A stretch of 64,000 nucleotides of DNA from positions 608,001-672,000 of the forward strand of contig OY762940.1 in the NCBI GenBank assembly GCA_963667255.1, in the 5' to 3' direction. Below are positions 57,374 through 64,000 of the stretch, piece after piece. The first letter of the stretch is position 1; each line of letters starts with the position of its first letter. The notes beneath the pieces were generated by a model that had not been told where the DNA came from, did no database searches, and saw only the letters and a list, made by a program, of their open reading frames with translations. Source of the DNA: Candidatus Cloacimonadota bacterium. Its GTDB lineage: Bacteria > Cloacimonadota > Cloacimonadia > G963667145. The position numbers and the translations under genes are program-made.

Positions 57374-58654
57374 ATGTCGGAAATTCCCAAGATTGTTTCC
57401 ATTATCTCCTTCGGTTGCAAAGTCAATAGCTACGAGTCCGCCTGTATAGCCGAAGATTTTTCCCAAAAATACAAAGTAGTCTCCAAATATAACGCTGAAG
57501 CTGTGATTTTCATAGTCAATACTTGTGCTGTAACCGCCAGAGCAGGAGCAAAATGCAGGCAGACTATCCGCAAGATTTTGAAACTCAAGGAAGTTAATTC
57601 GCGAGTGGTTTTAGTAGTTACGGGATGTTTGGCGAATGTGGAATCGGATTCCTTGAAAGAGATAGGAGATATCGACTATTTTATCAAAGACAAGTCGCAG
57701 ATTTTCAATATTGTTCACGATTTAGAAAACCCAGTCCAATCCACTGGCTACATTGAGCAGAAAACGAATAAAATGTATAATCGCACGCGTGCTTTTGTCA
57801 AAATTCAGGACGGTTGCAATTTTTTTTGTGCGTATTGCATTATCCCTTACGCGCGGGGTGTCCCAACTTTTCGTGATTTTGGCGATGTCATCAAGCAGAT
57901 AGAGATTCTTGTCGAAAATGGCTATCGCGAGGTTGTTCTCGGTGGCATCAATATTGGTTTGTATAACTATCACGGGAAAAATCTTAAGGATTTACTTTTT
58001 GCCATAGAGGAAATTGCCGGTCTAAAAAGGATGAGGATTTCGTCCATCGAACCGCAACATGTGAAGTCGATTTGGAATTTTATTTGCTCCAGTAAGAAGC
58101 TTGTTCATCATCTGCATATTCCCTTGCAATCGGGCAGTGATGAGATTTTGCAAGCTATGGGCAGACGATATGAGGCGAAGGAGTTTGAGGATTTGGTCGA
58201 AGATTTGAAGAAATTTGATTCTCATTTTGCTATCGGTTGTGATGTGATTGTGGGTTTCCCAAATGAGAGCGAGGAGAATTTCCAAGAGAGCTATTCGTTC
58301 ATCAAGAAATTACCGCTTTCCTATTTGCATGTTTTCCCATACTCTTTGCGGAGAGGCACGAAAGCAGCAGGAATGAACGGGCATTTATCCCAAGAAATAA
58401 AAAAGAGGAGAGCCCATCTTTTGGGAGAGTTATCGCTAACAAAGAAAAGAGAGTTTGCGGAGTTGCTCATCAAGGATAAGGTTGTTCTAACCGCACAATT
58501 GGAGCAGAAGAAAGGGAACTATGCGACAGGTGTCAGCGACAGATATTTGCCAGTTTATGTGGCGGATTTACCCGCAGATGGCAGAGAGGTGCAAATTTTG
58601 CCAGGTACTCTATTCAATGACGGTGTGCTTGGGAAATGGAATGGCTTAAAATAA
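57374..58654 (+). CDS. mtaB: tRNA t6A37 methylthiotransferase (MiaB-like radical SAM)
   Basis: FGCKVNSYES, NTCAVT, VTGC, KIQDGCNFFCAYCIIP..RG, R.RISSIEP, HLHIPLQSG, HVFPYS.R.GT. Confidence 0.9.
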   Translation: MSEIPKIVSIISFGCKVNSYESACIAEDFSQKYKVVSKYNAEAVIFIVNTCAVTARAGAKCRQTIRKILKLKEVNSRVVLVVTGCLANVESDSLKEIGDIDYFIKDKSQIFNIVHDLENPVQSTGYIEQKTNKMYNRTRAFVKIQDGCNFFCAYCIIPYARGVPTFRDFGDVIKQIEILVENGYREVVLGGINIGLYNYHGKNLKDLLFAIEEIAGLKRMRISSIEPQHVKSIWNFICSSKKLVHHLHIPLQSGSDEILQAMGRRYEAKEFEDLVEDLKKFDSHFAIGCDVIVGFPNESEENFQESYSFIKKLPLSYLHVFPYSLRRGTKAAGMNGHLSQEIKKRRAHLLGELSLTKKREFAELLIKDKVVLTAQLEQKKGNYATGVSDRYLPVYVADLPADGREVQILPGTLFNDGVLGKWNGLK

Positions 58655-58686
58655 GCACTTACAACCATTTACCCAAATAGAAAGTT

Positions 58687-59142
58687 TTATCCAATAGTAA
58701 TAGTATAAGCTTGCTCACCTTCAATATGTAAATTTGGTTTGCTTCCATCAAACCTAAAATATTTACAGCCTTTACACCTATCAATACCATGGTTTCTTTG
58801 AGAGAGACATCCTAAACAACCACCGTGAAATATTATGTTAGGGTTATTACCTCTAATTACCTTAGCATCAGGTAGGTACTTTTTATACATTTTACTACTA
58901 TTTTGGTCTTTCCAAATATGATAATCTATGTAGTCATTATCTCTCAAAGAATCACTATCACCATATCTACCATCAATTTTTTCAGCAACCCAAATTTGCT
59001 CAAACTTATCTTCCTTAATAAAACTACTGTCTATATTCAGGCTTGTTTCTCCCAATTCCGTAGGATTACTATCTATAACAACATGTATATCACATTGCTT
59101 AGTTTCTGTCTTTTTACCAAATAATCGTTTAATCCAATTCAT
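58687..59142 (-). CDS. Hypothetical protein with C-terminal CxxC...CxxC
   Basis: AAGGAG RBS; GGCLGCLSQR...RCKGCKYF; AT-rich. Confidence 0.65.
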   Translation of the reverse strand: MNWIKRLFGKKTETKQCDIHVVIDSNPTELGETSLNIDSSFIKEDKFEQIWVAEKIDGRYGDSDSLRDNDYIDYHIWKDQNSSKMYKKYLPDAKVIRGNNPNIIFHGGCLGCLSQRNHGIDRCKGCKYFRFDGSKPNLHIEGEQAYTITIG

Positions 59143-59262
59143 TTTATCTCCTTAAATTTGTTCTTAATTCCGCAACGTGGCATACACAAAACGTTCTTTA
59201 TAAATAGGGGGAAAATTACTTTTTAATCTCGTTTGTCTTTTGTATCCAATTTGTTGTTTCTA

Positions 59263-60924
59263 TTACACAAAGCCAACTTTAGTTGCCGTGTTACTTAAAG
59301 TTTCATCAGTACAAAAGCCCATCAATTTTGAAAATGAAACTTTCTCATTATAAATTATTTCATGGATTTCATTTTTGCGGAAAATATTATCAATTTGGCC
59401 ACTCGAGAAATCAAATTTTTCTGCCAATAAATCACAATTCTGTTGAGTTAAAAAAGGCAATTTTAGTTTCCAAATTTTTGATCTAACATCAATATTAGGC
59501 TTTTGGAATTTGATTTTAAATAAAAATCTTCTTTCAAAAGCAGAATCGAGATTATTTGATAGATTTGTAGTTGCTATCAAAATTCCTTCAAAATTTTCTA
59601 ACTCTTCCAGAAGAATATTTTGTATCGCATTTTGAGTTTGACCAGTACTGGAAATGTTGATGTCTATTCTTTTAGAAATTATAGCGTCAGCTTCATTAAA
59701 AAATAGAATAGGTACCTTAGAGCAATCTTTTGAATAAAAATTATAATCAGTAAAAATTTGTTTTACTATTTTTTCACTTTCTCCAAACCACATTGATTTT
59801 GATTGGCTTAAATCTACATGAATTATCTCTCTTTTGGTTTCTCTAGCTATCTGTTTCACTATTTCTGTTTTGCCAGTGCCAGGTGCTCCATATAGCAGAA
59901 CAACAATTCCTTTTGGCAAATTTTTCTCTGTTAAACGTTTTTGGGTACTTTTGAATTTTCTTTCTTTCAATAAATTTTTTAATAGGTAAAGTTGTTCCAT
60001 CTCTGTGTTGCTAAAAATTAATTTTCTTGAGGGTATTTTATCAGAGAAAATTATGTTTTTTTCATTTTTTTTATTAATGGTTATATTGATTCCACATTCT
60101 TTAAGTAAATTTAGAGAAAAATCTGTGAGAGCAACTTGTGTATCTTGCACAAATCTTGCTTTTACAATTTCGATTAAATTTTGTTCTATAAGAACATTTT
60201 CCCCAGAGCTAATTTTTTGTAAAATTTCCACCACTTTTACAGTTTTATCATAGATTATATCTATAACTCTTCTAATTTCAAAGCTTTTAGTTCCTCGCAT
60301 TGTATTCCAAATTAAATGGACATATATGTAAAAATTTTCAACATCTAATTTTAAAGAATTTATCTTTTTTAATAGAGGAAAGTGCTTGTTCGCTTCTCTT
60401 ATCTCTTCAACAGTTTCAAAAAATTCTTCGGTTGTAATATTATCATCATCGCGATTATATAATGCTTGTGAGAAGCTCGACAAAACATCATAAATATTAG
60501 AAATCTCATTTTCTTTTATTTGGGGAATAGGCTTATTCTGGATAATTGCTCTAGATATTTTGCTATTTACTCTATATAAATGTTTGCATATTCTACCTTT
60601 TACTACAGCATTCCAGAAAGGTCTTAGTAAAATACCAGAGCGAATTAGATTTAAAATTTCTTCTTGAAACTTAAAGATTTTTACTGTGCTACAACAAAAA
60701 TGGTCGGCTAACTCCTTATAAGTTGGAGATTCTTCTTGAGATTCAAAAGCAAAGATAAGAGAAATAAAAAAAGCTTGTATTTTATTAGTTTTGAATTGTT
60801 TTGCAAGGTAGGTTAATTCAGGGTCTATCTTTGTAAAAAAAGTTTCCTCTAACTTAGAATCATTAGATTCTTCATAAACTTTTTCTATGGTTTCTATAAT
60901 TATGAATTTACCTTTTTTTGTCAT
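59263..60924 (-). CDS. AAA+ ATPase with long N-terminal region
   Basis: Walker A GAPGTGKT, SMWFGESEK, variant Walker B ILFFNEAD, ATTN....LD.AFERRF. Confidence 0.9.
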   Translation of the reverse strand: MTKKGKFIIIETIEKVYEESNDSKLEETFFTKIDPELTYLAKQFKTNKIQAFFISLIFAFESQEESPTYKELADHFCCSTVKIFKFQEEILNLIRSGILLRPFWNAVVKGRICKHLYRVNSKISRAIIQNKPIPQIKENEISNIYDVLSSFSQALYNRDDDNITTEEFFETVEEIREANKHFPLLKKINSLKLDVENFYIYVHLIWNTMRGTKSFEIRRVIDIIYDKTVKVVEILQKISSGENVLIEQNLIEIVKARFVQDTQVALTDFSLNLLKECGINITINKKNEKNIIFSDKIPSRKLIFSNTEMEQLYLLKNLLKERKFKSTQKRLTEKNLPKGIVVLLYGAPGTGKTEIVKQIARETKREIIHVDLSQSKSMWFGESEKIVKQIFTDYNFYSKDCSKVPILFFNEADAIISKRIDINISSTGQTQNAIQNILLEELENFEGILIATTNLSNNLDSAFERRFLFKIKFQKPNIDVRSKIWKLKLPFLTQQNCDLLAEKFDFSSGQIDNIFRKNEIHEIIYNEKVSFSKLMGFCTDETLSNTATKVGFV

Positions 60925-60956
60925 ATAATGAACTCCTTTATTTTATTATGAAAATG

Positions 60957-61313
60957 CTATTTTTCTTTTATTTTTTCGAGACAATATTTGCAGTCCTCCT
61001 CAGAAATTTTCCCTTGATCTTTGAATGATGTAAGAATTGGCATTGCAAAGTCGTTGGGTAAAGTATGCCAAGTTGGATATCCTCTAGAGTTTGGATCTCC
61101 GATTTTTGACCAAAACCAACGTGTTGCCAACCTGTGGCTTCCTTCCCACAACAATAGAGCCAATGCCCATCTATTTTTTTCATCTATATAAATTATTTTT
61201 TTGACAGATGAAATTTTTTGTCTGGGGAAATTAATCAGTTTAGCATTTTCTTCTGTAACTTTAATCCACCCATCTTCGTCTAATTCAAAACCGTATTTTT
61301 TAAGATCTGCCAT
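60957..61313 (-). CDS. Hypothetical Trp-rich 118-aa protein
   Basis: AAGGAG RBS; W.LA.L.WEG...LA.RW...G.PNSRG.PTW..LP. Confidence 0.7.
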   Translation of the reverse strand: MADLKKYGFELDEDGWIKVTEENAKLINFPRQKISSVKKIIYIDEKNRWALALLLWEGSHRLATRWFWSKIGDPNSRGYPTWHTLPNDFAMPILTSFKDQGKISEEDCKYCLEKIKEK

Positions 61314-61328
61314 GGCTTATCTCCTTTT

Positions 61329-62012
61329 TTAGTGTTTTTTCCACATTTCACAAATATTTTTTATTGCTTCTAAATATTGATTATAATTTGGTATAGAAGG
61401 ATGCTTTATAGAGTGAATAATGGATTTATTCAAATTGGTACTCTGTTTATATTTGAGAATATTATCACCACTCATTGCATTGAAACTATTACATCCTGCC
61501 TTTCCGCCTATAATAATTATGTCAGCTTCTAAAGCCTGAATTTCAGCATATATTTTCTTTCCGAGACAACTTTTCCCACTATCAATAATTGCAGTATAAT
61601 TTTCTCTTTTTGTTGAATTAGAAGTTGGACGTATATTATAATAAGTGATTTTGTTCAAAGTATCATTTTCTATACTCTTAATATTGTTGTAAGCCTCTTT
61701 CAAATCTTTTCTTGTAGGTTCTTTTCCTTTTTCTAAGCAATCCAATACTACTTTAGCAAAAGCTAAAGAGTATCTTACGGTTCTTGTTCTTGTGTTGCCT
61801 TTATCATTTAGCCAATCGCAGAGAGTCTTTTTACCAACATCAAAAATCTTACATTTTTCATATCCGTAAGGCTCTTCATTGATAATTAAAACTTTAATTT
61901 CTTGCTCCCAAAACAAATTTGAGATAGGACTATAAAACATATGATGCTCAATATGTCGTTGATCAATAAACTTTTTTGTTTCTTTTCTTGCATTTTTAAA
62001 AATTTCCTCCAT
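61329..62012 (-). CDS. Hypothetical protein, uracil-DNA-glycosylase-like fold (tentative)
   Basis: KVLIINEEPYG, YYNI, EI..L.ADIIIIGG and C-terminal HPS follow the UDG-superfamily motif order; start set to ATG 62012 after GGGAGG. Confidence 0.55.
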   Translation of the reverse strand: MEEIFKNARKETKKFIDQRHIEHHMFYSPISNLFWEQEIKVLIINEEPYGYEKCKIFDVGKKTLCDWLNDKGNTRTRTVRYSLAFAKVVLDCLEKGKEPTRKDLKEAYNNIKSIENDTLNKITYYNIRPTSNSTKRENYTAIIDSGKSCLGKKIYAEIQALEADIIIIGGKAGCNSFNAMSGDNILKYKQSTNLNKSIIHSIKHPSIPNYNQYLEAIKNICEMWKKH

Positions 62013-62174
62013 TAGTTCCTCCCATATTTTTATATTAAACCAGAGAAAGAATTCGGAGAAAATTGTCAACATAAATGATAATCTTTATTATAACTGACGT
62101 CAGCATAATAAAACTCTTATTTTTTTAGTTTTATTAGAAGGGTCGTTTACTATAAAAACAATAGAATAAGTTAC

Positions 62175-63539
62175 TTATCGGAAGGTTTTATTTAGGGGGT
62201 AAAATTTTTTCAAACTGATGTTGATTGAGGTGTATTTTTTGATTTCGCTCAAATAGATGAGGTTGTCTTCGGTTCGCAGTTGACAGCCAGTAAAGGTTTC
62301 GACCTCAAAATTTCCCATAATTTCCAAAACGATTTGGTCTATGTCAAAATTGCTGGCAACCTCAATAATATTTTTATCGGTAACGAATTTCAGTTGTTTG
62401 CGTTTTTTGAGCCAAGTTTTTATCTCTTTTTGGCTATCAAAATAAATCTCCGGATTATGCCCGATTTTGACTATTTTTTTTATTAGATTAAGAGAATATT
62501 TAATGTCATACAAATCTGAAAATCTGAAAGAAAATCCGATAGCTCCATTGGTTTGATATGCATAATCTATGAGCGACGAAATTTGGGTTTGAGCTGAGGA
62601 TTCATCCGCTATTTTATAATCTCCATCCATCAAGTCTTTGCTGGAAAAGGAAGCAAATAGTTCCTCTTTTTCGGATGGGAAAAAAATGTTCTTTTTGACA
62701 GGCAAATTCTCTGTATCGGCTTTTACCAGATTTTTGTTTATTCGGAAGAGCTCTTTTTTTACCTCTAAATTTTCGGGGTCAAAATTGCTGTTGTTTTTTA
62801 GTAAACAGTAGGTCAATTTGGGAATGGCTTCTAATAAGTAAAAATTCCAATATGGTTCATCATTTTTGAAATTGAGGGTAAAGTATTCTTTGATGGCTGA
62901 AATCGGATGCGAAAATAGATTCTTGATAATTTTCTTCAATGTTTTCGAATAGCTTTTCCATTTGTAAAGTCTGTCAATTTCTGCAATTAGGGATATAGCG
63001 AATTTTTCGTTGTTAGGCCACATTTTTTTGCGTATCATACAATGGTCATCATCGACACACTCTTCTATGAAGGTTAAAAAGTTGTTCAGCAGTAAGTTGC
63101 AGATAGGTTTATTGGAGGAATCTACTTGATAAGTGGAAAACTGATAGATATTACCAAACAAATCGAAATTGTAAAAAAAACATCTCGTAAAATCGTCTTT
63201 CTTTTCTTGGATGTCAGGAGGCATAGGGCTCAAAACATGGAATGTAGAGAACTCTTTTTTTAATTTCTTAGATTCTGCTTCGGTCAATTTTTCGTATAAA
63301 TCGGGATTGAATGAAACAAAGAAGATGTTGGAGCATTTGCAGTATTTTATCAAGTCGGTAATTTCACGATTTTTGGGTCGATTTAGCGAATAACACATCA
63401 GAATGTCGTCCTCTTCAATCTCCATAAGTCCTGCAATAATCTCGTGTTGAAAGCCCAAATATTCAAAGCTGAGGTCCAAAACTTCCGTTATTTTTTCTGT
63501 ATAAGTTTCTAATTTTTCGTCAATAATAAGTTTTATCAT
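62175..63539 (-). CDS. Hypothetical protein, degenerate polysaccharide deacetylase-like
   Basis: WPNNEKFAISLIAEID resembles the WP..K.FA..LTHDVD segment of deacetylase-like proteins; start tentatively ATG 63539. Confidence 0.45.
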   Translation of the reverse strand: MIKLIIDEKLETYTEKITEVLDLSFEYLGFQHEIIAGLMEIEEDDILMCYSLNRPKNREITDLIKYCKCSNIFFVSFNPDLYEKLTEAESKKLKKEFSTFHVLSPMPPDIQEKKDDFTRCFFYNFDLFGNIYQFSTYQVDSSNKPICNLLLNNFLTFIEECVDDDHCMIRKKMWPNNEKFAISLIAEIDRLYKWKSYSKTLKKIIKNLFSHPISAIKEYFTLNFKNDEPYWNFYLLEAIPKLTYCLLKNNSNFDPENLEVKKELFRINKNLVKADTENLPVKKNIFFPSEKEELFASFSSKDLMDGDYKIADESSAQTQISSLIDYAYQTNGAIGFSFRFSDLYDIKYSLNLIKKIVKIGHNPEIYFDSQKEIKTWLKKRKQLKFVTDKNIIEVASNFDIDQIVLEIMGNFEVETFTGCQLRTEDNLIYLSEIKKYTSINISLKKFYPLNKTFR

Positions 63540-63691
63540 AAGTCCGTTTGTTTGAATTCCGTAGATAACTTGTTTTATTTGCAAATAATAATAAGAGCCA
63601 ACACAAACAAAAAAAAATCGATTTAACTGCCGTCAAGTAAAATTTGTGTTGACATTGCTTACTTGGGTGTTGATGTTGTTACAATTGAACG

Positions 63692-64000
63692 ATGAGTGTA
63701 TTAATTGATAACCGAACGGATTTCAAAATTAGTTGCAAGAGATTAGAGCAAATTTATGAAAAAGCTGTAAAGATTGGGGTTTTGCCAAAGGGTTATGAGC
63801 TTGATGTTTGCTTGTGTGAGAGCGATTTTATTTGCCAATATAACAAGGATTATAGAGGGTTGGCAGCTAAGACCGATGTTTTGTCTTTTGAGTTGAGTGA
63901 ATTTGCGGGGAGTGTTCTTATTTGTTTGGAATATTTGTGGGAAAGAAGTGGAAAGGAGCAGTTTGAACAGGATTTATTTTCCGTGTTTGCTCATGGCATT
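63692..64000 (+). CDS. ybeY: rRNA maturation endoribonuclease YbeY; partial, runs off the window
   Basis: Hand translation MSVLIDNRT...YNKDYRG...KTDVLSF...VFAHGI; not in the ORF track. Confidence 0.85.
   Translation, partial: MSVLIDNRTDFKISCKRLEQIYEKAVKIGVLPKGYELDVCLCESDFICQYNKDYRGLAAKTDVLSFELSEFAGSVLICLEYLWERSGKEQFEQDLFSVFAHGI

Overview
A 64-kb chromosomal window from an AT-rich anaerobic diderm bacterium. It carries LPS genes (waaA, a GT9), a clostridial-order rnfCDGEAB operon, glutamine synthetase type III, malic enzyme, spoVG and khpA; this mix suggests Cloacimonadota or a related FCB-group lineage (inference only). Most of the window is housekeeping: the rpsP-khpA-rimM-trmD-rplS-ispE-spoVG-prs-rplY-pth-rpsF-ssb-rpsR-rplI-rpe block, dnaN, hup, tmRNA, cmk-ispH-rpsA-rnf, five tRNAs, mtaB and a partial ybeY. 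Six observations stand out. (1) An intact DpnI-type (methyl-GATC-cutting) nuclease sits beside a dead DpnA-like GATC methyltransferase, and GATC is strongly depleted across the window. (2) A perfect 15-bp inverted repeat brackets the putative DpnI promoter and may mark an invertible switch. (3) A four-gene AT-rich island (UDG-like fold, small Trp-rich protein, AAA+ ATPase, Cys-rich protein) looks like an uncharacterised defence module. (4) A structured leader with CAU-CAU-CAU lies in front of queH. (5) prs appears to start at an AUU codon. (6) An Orange-protein-like Fe-S/metal operon has a perfect palindromic operator candidate. No CRISPR array, rRNA, transposase or integrase was seen. All family assignments come from motif recognition by eye, not from database searches.
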